The translations under genes and the position numbers were made by a program. From positions 480,001 to 544,000 of the forward strand of contig CAWVVV010000001.1 in NCBI GenBank assembly GCA_963933835.1: 64,000 nt of DNA. Reading direction: 5' to 3'. Below the pieces are notes generated by a model. The model was not told the origin of the DNA. It saw only the letters and a program-made list of their open reading frames with translations, and searched no databases. Below are positions 10,193 to 19,775 of the stretch, piece after piece (position 1 is the stretch's first letter; each line of letters begins with the position of its first letter). This stretch comes from an uncultured Puniceicoccaceae bacterium. GTDB taxonomy: Bacteria; Verrucomicrobiota; Verrucomicrobiia; Opitutales; Oceanipulchritudinaceae.

Positions 10193-11236
10193 GTGATCGC
10201 CGCAAGAGACCAATTTGAGTTTACCGAAGCTCCTACAGACGATGTAGGAGCTTCTTTTATTTTCCCACCGACTGAGAGAAATCTCGCGGCCGCGGCGCGC
10301 ACGCTTAGGAATGGAGGCTTAGTCGCGATTCCGACGGAAACTGTCTACGGCCTAGCTGCAGACGCCCTCAATGAAACAGCTTGTCGAAACATATTTGAGC
10401 TCAAGGGGAGGCCTCTTATCGATCCGCTCATTGTCCACCTTTCCGAATTAGAGCATGTTCACGAGCTATCGATTTGGACTGAGATGGCTAAAGCTTTGGC
10501 CGACGCGTTCATACCCGGGGCGCTAACCCTAATCCTAGAGAAAAAACCGTGCGTCCCCGATATCGTTACCGCCGGGAAGCCTAGCATCGCAATACGACTA
10601 CCAAGCCATCCAATTTTTAGAGCACTTTCGAATAAAGCAAGGGCACCACTGGCCGCCCCAAGCGCGAACCCCTTCAGCTATGTCTCGCCATCTACAGCCG
10701 AGCACGTTCTAAGATCCTTTCCGAACGCTGGACTACCCATCCTGCAAGGAGGCCCCTGCAAGATCGGAATCGAGTCAACGATAGTTGATGTCCGAGACCC
10801 AAGAAAGCCGATCCTCCTAAGACATGGAGACATCCAAAAGCATCAGCTAGAAAAGGCCCTAGGGATATCTGTTACAGATAAAACTGATTTCACGCCTAAA
10901 GATAAGAATGAAGCTCTTTTGGCTCCTGGCTCTCTCGCGCGCCACTACAGTCCGAAGACACCAACCTACCTACTGCAAACAAGCGCCATCCATGAGGCGC
11001 AAATTGCCGGTCAAGCGCGTGTATATTTCGAAAAGCCAGCCGATTCAGCGAGCGCCGAAAACATCTTCTGGCTCTCAGAAGACGGAGACACACAAACGGC
11101 ACAAAGGTCGCTCTACAGCCTCTTAAGGTCTCTCGACGAAGACAAAAAGGTCCTTCAGATTCTTATCGAATTACCCACGCCTACGGCCGCGAATACGGCT
11201 CTCATAGATCGGCTGCAGAGAGCCGCGAGTAAATAA
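10193..11236 (+). CDS. L-threonylcarbamoyladenylate synthase (Sua5 type)
   Basis: AIPTETVYGL, KGRP, LAAPSAN, GIESTIVD and APG..RHYSP motifs plus a SUA5 C-terminal domain. Confidence 0.95.
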   Translation: MIAARDQFEFTEAPTDDVGASFIFPPTERNLAAAARTLRNGGLVAIPTETVYGLAADALNETACRNIFELKGRPLIDPLIVHLSELEHVHELSIWTEMAKALADAFIPGALTLILEKKPCVPDIVTAGKPSIAIRLPSHPIFRALSNKARAPLAAPSANPFSYVSPSTAEHVLRSFPNAGLPILQGGPCKIGIESTIVDVRDPRKPILLRHGDIQKHQLEKALGISVTDKTDFTPKDKNEALLAPGSLARHYSPKTPTYLLQTSAIHEAQIAGQARVYFEKPADSASAENIFWLSEDGDTQTAQRSLYSLLRSLDEDKKVLQILIELPTPTAANTALIDRLQRAASK

Positions 11237-11237
11237 A

Positions 11238-11268
11238 AACCCTGAGCCGCAAGAAACGACTCAGGGTT
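11238..11268. terminator. Terminator hairpin between convergent sua5 and wzc
   Basis: AACCCTGAGCCG-caagaaa-CGACTCAGGGTT flanked by A-runs. Confidence 0.7.
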
Positions 11269-11290
11269 CAAAAAGTAGCTAGGCAAATGC

Positions 11291-13537
11291 TTAAGCTTGC
11301 TGTGTGTCTGTCGCTGACTCCTCTTCGACAGCATCGGATTCCGCGGTCCCAGTTCCACCTTGCACGTAGTAATGACGATAGGAGCTGTCGTAGTAATGGC
11401 TGTAGTAGTAGCCCGCTACGCTTGTATTGATATTGTTCAATACCGCGCCCAAAATAGGGACATTTGAATCTCTTAAGCGTTTCACGTTGAGGGCGGCTGT
11501 CTTACGCTTCACCATATTGAAACGAACCACGTAAATAACCCCATCGACCAGCGACAAAATGTTCAACGCATCACTGACTGGCGCCAAAGGCGGACAGTCG
11601 ATCATGATCTTCTCGTAGCGAGGACGCAGCTCTTCTATGACCTTCTCAAAAGCCGTGCTACTGAGGAGTTGTGTTGGATTCTTACTACGGCCACCCGTAA
11701 CGAGGACATCCAGCCCAGGTGCGAAATCTTTGATGATCGCCTCATCAAGGGTAGCTTTACCCGAGAGAACTTGGATCAAACCCACCTTGTTCGAGATATT
11801 TAAAGACTTACCTACATTCGGCATGCGAAGGTCGCAGTCCATAACCAACGTGCGCTCGCTGTGATGTGAGAAAGTGAAGGCTAAGTTCGTGGAGACGAAA
11901 GACTTACCTTCACTGGGGATCGTCGAGGTGGTTAGAATCACCTTCGCGTTTCTACCCTCTTCACTGATCTTCAAAGTTGAATGGATGGCACGGAAGGCCT
12001 CCACTGAGTGCTTTTCCAAGCTATCGAGGACAACCCGCGCTTTCTGAGTCATATCGACAAGTGAGATACGTGGAACGATCCCGACAATAGGGAGGCCAAT
12101 CGTGGTCTCGATGTCGAAAGCCGTCTTCACTTTATCATCAAGAACGGCTAGGAGGATCACAAAACCAAAACCCATTCCGAGGCCCAGCACTAATCCGATA
12201 CCCAGATTCATTACCGTATTTGGGCTATCAGGCCTATTCAATGGCGCCGGACTCGCTCGGTCGATAATACGCGCGCTGTCACCCTCCGTATCCATGATCG
12301 TGGCGAGCTGTTGATAACGGAAATATGTCGCCTCGTAGTTATGTTGGCTGATCGTTAAATCACGAACGAGGGCATTGTATTCTGGGCGCAACCGATCCAA
12401 CGAAATCATGTCCTTCTCTTTAGCACTAAGATTCGCCTCAGAAAGCGTCCAATTTTCTCGAGACCGATCGTATTCATTTATTATCCCATTTGCCTTGCGG
12501 TCGGTCGCCTTTGATAGCTCTGACTTAGCCTGCTCCAAGGCTCTCAAGGCAGAGGCCATGATTGGATGCAAGGAACCATATCGCTTCGCCAGCACTGCAA
12601 CATCCACTTCACGAGTGGATAACTGTGAATTCAAGCTGATGATCGCATGGTCGTTGCCAATCAGCGAAAGCTCTTGAAGCGGCGTGCCGCTTTCCTGCGC
12701 ACGAATAACTTGTTCGTGATACGTTCTTTTCTCGTCAAAATCACGCTTTGCCTCTGTCAGAAGTGTCCGTAACTGGAGTAATTCTTGACTATCAATATCT
12801 TGGCGCTCGCTAAAAGTAATGCCGTTCTTCGATTTAAATTCAGTGATCCGCTCCTCAACCTCTCGAACGCTTTCAGCCTGAAACTTAATTTTCTGCGCTA
12901 ACTCTTTAACCCCTTCTACGGTTGTTTCCGTAGTCTGTCCTTTCGAAAACTGAATATACGCTTTGGCGAAAAGATTGGCTACATCTGCAGCCACCTCTGG
13001 GTCTGGGTGAATGTAGTGGATATAAATAAAAAACGACAACCGCTGGGGCTGTATCTTCCGGTTTAAGAAGAGGATATCAAGCGCTTCGCGTTCACCGCTA
13101 ATAGCAGAGTCAATTCCGGACTCATAAGGAGCGATAAAGCGCTTGCGAAAAGCACCTTGGATACGTTTATCAACCTCTCGAGCAATCTCAAGACTCTCAA
13201 GGATGTTAATCTGTGTCTGGAGATCTTCCGTCCCGTAAAGGCGATCATCTGCAACCATCTCAATGTCCACCGCAGCCTCGCGAGCTCTCAAGATCTGAAC
13301 TGAGGATGTCGCCATGTAGAGCTTAGTCGAGTTAAACGTAAAGAGTGCAACGCCGAGCAAGACAATGAAGACAGTAGTCACGAACCACCAGATGCGTTCG
13401 CGCAGGATTATAAGGTAATCGTTCAGCCCCCTCGGAGAAAGAGCCGCGTCATTGTACCCGCCGCCGTAGCCTTCGCCATAGTAATAACCACCGTAGGAGC
13501 CAGAGCCTCCTGAAGAACGTTCATCTTGATTGTGCAT
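11291..13537 (-). CDS. Polysaccharide co-polymerase / BY tyrosine kinase (Wzc/GumC family)
   Basis: Two TM segments around a coiled coil; EAFRAI, STIPSEGKS Walker A, DCDLRMP, IDCPP; C-terminal Tyr cluster. Confidence 0.93.
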   Translation of the reverse strand: MHNQDERSSGGSGSYGGYYYGEGYGGGYNDAALSPRGLNDYLIILRERIWWFVTTVFIVLLGVALFTFNSTKLYMATSSVQILRAREAAVDIEMVADDRLYGTEDLQTQINILESLEIAREVDKRIQGAFRKRFIAPYESGIDSAISGEREALDILFLNRKIQPQRLSFFIYIHYIHPDPEVAADVANLFAKAYIQFSKGQTTETTVEGVKELAQKIKFQAESVREVEERITEFKSKNGITFSERQDIDSQELLQLRTLLTEAKRDFDEKRTYHEQVIRAQESGTPLQELSLIGNDHAIISLNSQLSTREVDVAVLAKRYGSLHPIMASALRALEQAKSELSKATDRKANGIINEYDRSRENWTLSEANLSAKEKDMISLDRLRPEYNALVRDLTISQHNYEATYFRYQQLATIMDTEGDSARIIDRASPAPLNRPDSPNTVMNLGIGLVLGLGMGFGFVILLAVLDDKVKTAFDIETTIGLPIVGIVPRISLVDMTQKARVVLDSLEKHSVEAFRAIHSTLKISEEGRNAKVILTTSTIPSEGKSFVSTNLAFTFSHHSERTLVMDCDLRMPNVGKSLNISNKVGLIQVLSGKATLDEAIIKDFAPGLDVLVTGGRSKNPTQLLSSTAFEKVIEELRPRYEKIMIDCPPLAPVSDALNILSLVDGVIYVVRFNMVKRKTAALNVKRLRDSNVPILGAVLNNINTSVAGYYYSHYYDSSYRHYYVQGGTGTAESDAVEEESATDTQQA

Positions 13538-13569
13538 AACAGTAAAATTTAAATTTTGACAGACTTGGA

Positions 13570-14193
13570 TTAAATACGGCGCCGAGAGATAACGATAAGA
13601 TCGCCATCCTCAAGTGGGTGATCGCGGGTCGTGATGTCTCGCGTATCAACGGAAATCTCCACCTGCTCACCGTTTTCGTCAGCGCGGCGAATGATCACAT
13701 TTTTGAGATCCCCCAGCGGTTGAGCTCCTCCAGCCATGGATAAAGCCTCGAGCAAATATAGCCGTTCTTCTGCCGGGATCGGAACACTCCCTTGTCTCAT
13801 TACTAGGCCCATAACTTCGACGGTCTGCGCAGAACTGGCATAGATTGTTAAGTCAAGCTGTGGGTCGATGAAGTAATCTCCATCGTATAGAGTATAGATG
13901 TGCTTTTGTGCGTCAGCCACGGACATTCCAGCGATATTAACCGCCTTAATAAATGGCAGAACCACTGCACCGTCGTTCGAAACTCGCATTTGAACATCGG
14001 CCTCTTCGCCAATAATTCTAAACAAGACAAAATCCAGCGGCTTAATAACGTACGAGCTGGAAGCCTGATCGCCCAACGAGCCAATTCGCGAGCTTTGCGA
14101 GCTTTGCGAGCTTTGCGAGCTTTGCGAAAAAGACACCAAAGGGGTTATTACGAACACGAAAAAGATGATAAATTGCGACATGGAGCGACTCAT
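13570..14193 (-). CDS. Polysaccharide biosynthesis/export protein (Wza-like, Poly_export + SLBB)
   Basis: Signal peptide; RVSNDGAVVLPFI, YFIDPQ, LLEALSMAGG and LEDGDLIVI motifs; start uncertain (14181-14202). Confidence 0.88.
   Translation of the reverse strand: MSRSMSQFIIFFVFVITPLVSFSQSSQSSQSSQSSRIGSLGDQASSSYVIKPLDFVLFRIIGEEADVQMRVSNDGAVVLPFIKAVNIAGMSVADAQKHIYTLYDGDYFIDPQLDLTIYASSAQTVEVMGLVMRQGSVPIPAEERLYLLEALSMAGGAQPLGDLKNVIIRRADENGEQVEISVDTRDITTRDHPLEDGDLIVISRRRI
14088..14127. repeat. 9-bp tandem repeat (GCGAGCTTT)x4.4 inside wza, encoding (SQS)n
   Basis: Four perfect copies at 14088-14123 plus GCGA. Confidence 0.95.
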
Positions 14194-14210
14194 ATGCTTC
14201 AAATTTAGAC

Positions 14211-14250
14211 AAAAAAAGGCCGACGGGGCAATGTCAAAGACCCGCCAGCC
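14211..14250 (-). terminator. Intra-operon terminator between the beta-barrel gene and wza
   Basis: Minus strand GGCTGGCGGG-13 nt-CCCGTCGGCC-T7. Confidence 0.6.
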
Positions 14251-14281
14251 GGCAAAGGAAATGTAAGACTGTCTACCGCAA

Positions 14282-15481
14282 TTAGTAGCGAACAGACGCC
14301 GTCAAGCTGAAGACGGTGTTTTTGTATTCGTCAAATGCAGGATTAATGAAGTCGTAGTTGAGATCATTGATCTTATAGGCACCTGTGATGCGGACGTATT
14401 CGTTCGGGCTCCAAGTGACACTTGCCGAGGCTGATACTAAGTGATCAACACGACCCTTCCTGGCCGATGTATCTTCGAACTCAGTTTTCGCCAAGGTGAG
14501 GTTACCGCCGGCTAACCACATCTCGCTGATGAGATACTGAGTGCCGATGCTAATCTGGTCTCGGGTGTATGAAATCGCTGCGTCGCTAGTGCCTTGTCCA
14601 AAGTCACGTGAGAGAGCACCATATACGTTCCAATTAGTGTCCGCTGCGTAGTTCAAACGGGCATTGTAGGAGAACGTGCTGGAAGATCCACCGATCAGAG
14701 CACTGCCATCGAAGTCACGAGTCTGGTAACCTAAATCGATCGAACCCGTCCAGAGAGGATTGAAAATCTCACCTTCGATACCACCAAAGATGTAGTGGTC
14801 TTCAGTATCTGGGATATCACTACCTGCTGGCGCATTAAAGGGCGATGCAGTCCGGTAACGGTAGCCAACGAAAGCGCTCACTGCGGGGTCGAACGCATAG
14901 AGGACTCGAAGCGGAACAGAAACAGCGTCCGAGCCCGCGAGAAGCGAAGCATCATTAAAGGAACGGTGGAGATAATCCACACCGCCGCTGAGCGATACTT
15001 GATCAGACAAAAGATAGTTGACGGAGCCACCGATCGCGACATCCGAGCGTTCAGCAAGGTCTGCGGTCGGAGTCGTGGTAGAGAAATCTACGCTGTTAGT
15101 TCCAAGCTCATTGGCAGACGCATAGCCCTTGAAAAGAGCAACACCAGTGTCGTAGTAACCTAATGAGTTGAATCGGATGTATTCACCATCGAGATTATCT
15201 AGATCGTCGTGCACACGAACTTCAAGACCGAGCGTTGCCTCAAGATAGGCAGCATTTTCGGTCCCAAGCTGGAGCTCAACACCCGGTGTAACCGTGAAGA
15301 TCATTTCTGATTCTTCGTTAGTTTTCTGGCGGGTAGTATTCGATTGGTGCTCGATACCTCCAGACAGCGTGAGGAACAAGATAGCATCGTCCCCGAGGCT
15401 AACAGATGGGGCTGCCTGCAACTGAATTGCAACAGTCGTGAGAAGTCCTGAGAGGAGAGTATTTTTTATGAAAGTATTCAT
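14282..15481 (-). CDS. Outer membrane beta-barrel protein (EPS-associated, BBP2-like)
   Basis: Signal peptide, amphipathic beta strands, terminal aromatic residue (SLTASVRY); precedes wza-wzc. Confidence 0.8.
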   Translation of the reverse strand: MNTFIKNTLLSGLLTTVAIQLQAAPSVSLGDDAILFLTLSGGIEHQSNTTRQKTNEESEMIFTVTPGVELQLGTENAAYLEATLGLEVRVHDDLDNLDGEYIRFNSLGYYDTGVALFKGYASANELGTNSVDFSTTTPTADLAERSDVAIGGSVNYLLSDQVSLSGGVDYLHRSFNDASLLAGSDAVSVPLRVLYAFDPAVSAFVGYRYRTASPFNAPAGSDIPDTEDHYIFGGIEGEIFNPLWTGSIDLGYQTRDFDGSALIGGSSSTFSYNARLNYAADTNWNVYGALSRDFGQGTSDAAISYTRDQISIGTQYLISEMWLAGGNLTLAKTEFEDTSARKGRVDHLVSASASVTWSPNEYVRITGAYKINDLNYDFINPAFDEYKNTVFSLTASVRY

Positions 15482-15805
15482 GCGTTTCAGTTACGATTAA
15501 CTAGGATGAAACCAACGGCTTCAAAAATATTCAATAGACAAGTGTGATTCCAAAGCAATGTTATTTTTTCACCTATAAATGATGTTTTCAAATCAGGGCG
15601 CCGCAGTCCGAGCCAACCAGTTTATCGGATAAAACGGGTAATTGTGATTTAAAAGATCGTCATTTTTTGCAAAAAGTCTCGAAAAAGCTACCTGACACGC
15701 TCTTATGGCAACCTCCAAAACACCTCCAGCTCCCCACCGCTCCACATGGCTAGGATTCGCCGAAAAACGGTCTACAGGGCGAGGAACGGTTAAGATCCAC
15801 CTCCG

Positions 15806-17146
15806 CTAGTCTTGATGTGTCTCTGACTCAGTTACTTCAGTCTTTTCAAATTTGCTAGTATCGGAGACGCGAATAGAGGCCTCGATGACGCGCGTTTCGT
15901 CAACCTCCGTCACTTCCAAGATGAGTCCGTGCACTTCAATAGACTCTCCCTCTTTGGGGATGTAGCCCATCTCGAGTGTGATCAAGCCATTGACGGTCGA
16001 GACTTCGTCGTTGCTCAGATCGACGTCAAAATGTTCTTCAAGCTCATGGAGCGGGGTCAGGCCATCGACGATGAGGGTGTTTGCGGTTGAGGGTGCTTCA
16101 CGAATAAGATCTCCCTCTTCCGCATCAAATTCATCACGTATATCCCCTACGAGTTGCTCGAGAATCTTTTCTAGCGTCAGCACCCCTGCGACCCCTCTGA
16201 ATTCATCAACGACGAGTGCCATATGGATATTGTGGGTGAGGAGTCTAGAGAGCGCCTTCTCAAGCGTCTCATCGCCGTCGACCCGAATCATATCGCGTTT
16301 CACCGTTCTCAAATCGGTTTCGCCTACGCCATGTCGAAACAGGTCCTTCACGTGAACCAGCCCGATGCAGTGATCCAGATCACCATTACACAGCGGAAAA
16401 CGCGTATGGCCCGTTTCCCTCGCTAGCTTCAAATTTTCATCAATCGGCAGCGAAGTGTTGAGAATCTTCACCTGGTTTCGAGGGAGGAGCACGTCCGCCA
16501 CGACCAAATCCCGAAGCTGAAAGGTGTTGCGCAAGATCGATTGGACGGCGGTCGATACATCTTTATCGTCGAGCAATTCTAGCTGCGCCTCAAGTTCCAT
16601 GCGCGCTAAGGGGCGAAACTTAAATGCCTCCAAAAATGGCGCGATAAGCAAATTTGAACCCTTCTTTCCAAAAATCACAACTGGCCGGAAGAGCGTTCTG
16701 ACGAACATCAGTGGGTAAAACCCCAACTTAACTACCTCGAGAGGATAGCGGGTGGCCATCGAGCGAGGAAATAAGTCGCTCAAGGTATACACGGGCGGAA
16801 CGAAAACAATGAGCGCCAAGCCGTAGGTTGCGAATAGAGACAGAGAAACTCCCGTCTTATCGATAAGGTCTCGGAATCCGCCCTGTGCTAACAGAAAAAG
16901 CAGTGTTCCGACTCCTAGATTACAAAGAACCGACGCCACTCGCAATGACTGAACCAGCTCATCGGGAGACTTCATCAGTTTTTGCAGCCGGCCATCCCTT
17001 TCAAACTGCGCCAGTAAATCCGGGTTGAAGTGGCTGAATCGCAAGCGAACTAGGGCAAGCTCAGCTCCCGCAAAAAACCCGTTTGCAATCAAGCAGAACG
17101 TAAGAACGACCCAAAACTCCCAGCTATCAAAATAAAGTGTGATCAC
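15806..17146 (-). CDS. Hemolysin family / CNNM-CBS-CorC transporter-associated protein
   Basis: NGFFAGAELALV, GHTRFPL, VVDEFRGVAGVLTLE..LEQLVGDIRDEFD motifs. Confidence 0.92.
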   Translation of the reverse strand: MITLYFDSWEFWVVLTFCLIANGFFAGAELALVRLRFSHFNPDLLAQFERDGRLQKLMKSPDELVQSLRVASVLCNLGVGTLLFLLAQGGFRDLIDKTGVSLSLFATYGLALIVFVPPVYTLSDLFPRSMATRYPLEVVKLGFYPLMFVRTLFRPVVIFGKKGSNLLIAPFLEAFKFRPLARMELEAQLELLDDKDVSTAVQSILRNTFQLRDLVVADVLLPRNQVKILNTSLPIDENLKLARETGHTRFPLCNGDLDHCIGLVHVKDLFRHGVGETDLRTVKRDMIRVDGDETLEKALSRLLTHNIHMALVVDEFRGVAGVLTLEKILEQLVGDIRDEFDAEEGDLIREAPSTANTLIVDGLTPLHELEEHFDVDLSNDEVSTVNGLITLEMGYIPKEGESIEVHGLILEVTEVDETRVIEASIRVSDTSKFEKTEVTESETHQD

Positions 17147-18244
17147 TTACTTCGATCCTGAAACGCTAGATAAGGCGTTAAGACAACGGCTATTTTGAGC
17201 CGCTGTTCCAATCGTCACCCGCAGGTGGTTAGGCAATCCATAGCCAGCAACGGGTCGGACAATGACACCCGCTTGCTGCAGATCGCTTGAGACCTCCGCG
17301 GCATTCGGGACTTCGACGAGAATGAAATTCGCCTTCGAGGGCGTCCAAGAAAAGCCGAGTTGATCAAAGCCTGCTTCCATCTGTCGAAGCCCAGCCTCGT
17401 TTTCCGACCGGCTTCGCTGAACCCAGAGATCGTCGTCCAGCGCAGCCAGGGCTGCCTCTTGTGCGACGCTGCCAGTGTTAAATGGCGGCCGCACCTTCTG
17501 AAGGAGCGTGGCGAGTTCAGCTTCCGCGTATCCATAGCCAATGCGAAATCCCGCCAATCCGTAGATTTTCGAAAAGGTCCTCGTTGCGACGATTTTTCGA
17601 CCAGCTCTCATCAAAGGCCGCAGATCAACCGCAGCCTCTTGATACTCCGCGTAGGCCTCGTCGTAGCAGAAAACAACGTGCTCGGGTAAACTCTCGGCGA
17701 ATGCTAAGACTTCATCTGCTGGCAGATAAGTCCCGGTCGGATTGTTTGGATTGGGAAGAAAGACAAGCCGCGTGCGCTCGGTTATCGCCGCCCGCATCGC
17801 CGCGAGATCATGAACGCCATCAGGCATCGGCACTAAGACCTCTGTGCCGCCGCGTAGAAGCGTTGAAATTCGATAAGTGATAAATGCCTGCGCTCCCATC
17901 ACTACCTCCGCACCTGGGGCAACGAAGAGGTCCCCTAGCCGGTAGAAAACTTCATTTGAGCCGGCAGTCAATACAATCGATTCAAATGGCACGCCCATCG
18001 TTTCTGCCAGACGGCCAGTCAAGTCGTAGCCACCATTGTCTGGATAAAGCCAAACATCCTTCAGCGCCTTGGCGGCAGCTTCGAGCGCGAGTGGAGAGGC
18101 TCCGAGTGGGTTTTCGTTCGAAGCTAATTTTATAATCTCCGCTGGATTCAAGCCAAGCTCGCGGGCCACGACTTCAATCGGGCGACCGGGTTGGTAAACC
18201 GGGAGCGTATCGATCTGCGGATTCAATAGCGTAGCATAGCTCAT
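17147..18244 (-). CDS. hisC: Histidinol-phosphate aminotransferase
   Basis: KLASNENP, NPNNPTG, DEAY and RTFSKIYGLAGFRIGY motifs. Confidence 0.95.
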   Translation of the reverse strand: MSYATLLNPQIDTLPVYQPGRPIEVVARELGLNPAEIIKLASNENPLGASPLALEAAAKALKDVWLYPDNGGYDLTGRLAETMGVPFESIVLTAGSNEVFYRLGDLFVAPGAEVVMGAQAFITYRISTLLRGGTEVLVPMPDGVHDLAAMRAAITERTRLVFLPNPNNPTGTYLPADEVLAFAESLPEHVVFCYDEAYAEYQEAAVDLRPLMRAGRKIVATRTFSKIYGLAGFRIGYGYAEAELATLLQKVRPPFNTGSVAQEAALAALDDDLWVQRSRSENEAGLRQMEAGFDQLGFSWTPSKANFILVEVPNAAEVSSDLQQAGVIVRPVAGYGLPNHLRVTIGTAAQNSRCLNALSSVSGSK

Positions 18245-18326
18245 GCATCTCATAGGATTTTGAAGTACAAGAATCGCAAACCCAATCTTGCCCTACCCAT
18301 CTAAGGGCTGGCACCAATTTAGAGTA

Positions 18327-19034
18327 ATGGAGCGACTCCATCTAAGTGTTCTGAGCACAGAAACCCGAACGGCGGCTGAAAACATGGCAGCCGACCTTGC
18401 GATGAGGCATGCGCTCAGCCCTGCGTCACCGGTCGTCCTGCGTTTTTACGACTGGGCTGAGCCCTCGCTGAGCTTTGGATACTTTCAAAGATGGGTAGAC
18501 GTTTGCAAAAGACTCGAAGCAGAGGCGCCAGTCAGCGTTGTTCGCCGACCAACCGGGGGCGGCATTGTAGATCATCGCTCTGATGTCACCTACGCCCTTG
18601 TCTTCGCGCGTGGGACATCTTTCGCCGAACAAAAGACTACTTGCCTGTACGAAGCCGTTCACACGGCCCTATTCGAGGCGCTGAATGAACTCGGTGAATT
18701 TACCTGTTTAAGCCACGACGCTCCGCTCAAAGCAACTGCCCTGAGCTGTTTTGAAGCGCCTGTTCGCTCAGACATCATCGATTCCATCAGCGGCCTGAAA
18801 ATTGCCGGCTCAGCCATTCACCGTGGCAAAGAATCTATCCTCGTCCAAGGCAGCCTAGAATCAAAACGCCTCTCGAAGTCACTCACTCCAGAAGATCTCT
18901 CAGAAGCATTTGCTCATCGACTCGGCGTCAAAGTCGGCTTGGCCTCAACAGCCTCAATACCGCTTTTTACATTGCATGTCGCCGCCGCTGATGTAGCCCG
19001 ATTTTCCAACACCTCGTGGACCCAGCGCCGTTGA
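18327..19034 (+). CDS. Lipoate--protein ligase family protein (LplA/LipM-like catalytic domain)
   Basis: NMAAD, LRFYDW, SFGYFQ, VRRPTGGGIVDH and KIAGSA motifs. Confidence 0.85.
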   Translation: MERLHLSVLSTETRTAAENMAADLAMRHALSPASPVVLRFYDWAEPSLSFGYFQRWVDVCKRLEAEAPVSVVRRPTGGGIVDHRSDVTYALVFARGTSFAEQKTTCLYEAVHTALFEALNELGEFTCLSHDAPLKATALSCFEAPVRSDIIDSISGLKIAGSAIHRGKESILVQGSLESKRLSKSLTPEDLSEAFAHRLGVKVGLASTASIPLFTLHVAAADVARFSNTSWTQRR

Positions 19035-19046
19035 ACCAACTCCCCG

Positions 19047-19775
19047 ATGCGCCTACATTTTAGAGAAAGCTCTGTCGACTACCGCCACTACACTTTTCCC
19101 TATAGAGTGTTGGCCGAAAAAGAATCCAGCGACACGCTCGCTTCAATCTACGAGCAAGGTTTCCTCCCCGCATCGAACGACTACGCAGAAGAGCGGGAAC
19201 TTTTCTACCTCGCAAGGAGTCTTCGTCTGGATCTTCGAGAGCTGGGTTTCGACAAGAAACGTCGCTATCTGCAACACCGCGGCACAGAAACAGGCTTACA
19301 CAGCAATCGCCTTAGTATCAAGGAGCTGATGGCGAGTCACCCACGCTGGAAAGAGTCCGTCATAGAGTGGGTCGAAGGCCGATTCCAGCCACCCTACATG
19401 ACCTCAGAGCGACTTGAATACATCCTCAAGCGCAACTTCCTAACTCAATGTATTGCGACCTATTGCGACACGGAGCTGGTCGGCATCACACTGCTGCCTC
19501 ATGACGCCGCTATCGCTCACTACTGGTTTGTTTTTTATGATCCAGAATGGAACCCTGAGCGATCTCTTGGTAAATGGATTCTAGGCGACTGTGGACGGTT
19601 GCACCAAGAGCAAGGATTTGAATACTTGTATTTAGGAACCTGCTACACAAAAACTGCTGCCTACAAATTCCAAGGCATTGCGTCCGGGGTAGAATTTTAC
19701 GAAGGAAGCACCTGGTCAGACTCCATCGAAGAGCTTCAAAAAAGACTTACTTCCGACGGACTAAGCTCTGATTAG
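19047..19775 (+). CDS. Arginyl-tRNA-protein transferase / Bpt-like GNAT protein
   Basis: C-terminal FYDP..RSLGKWIL...YLYLG...YK resembles ATE_C; the N-terminal Cys motifs are missing. Confidence 0.65.
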   Translation: MRLHFRESSVDYRHYTFPYRVLAEKESSDTLASIYEQGFLPASNDYAEERELFYLARSLRLDLRELGFDKKRRYLQHRGTETGLHSNRLSIKELMASHPRWKESVIEWVEGRFQPPYMTSERLEYILKRNFLTQCIATYCDTELVGITLLPHDAAIAHYWFVFYDPEWNPERSLGKWILGDCGRLHQEQGFEYLYLGTCYTKTAAYKFQGIASGVEFYEGSTWSDSIEELQKRLTSDGLSSD

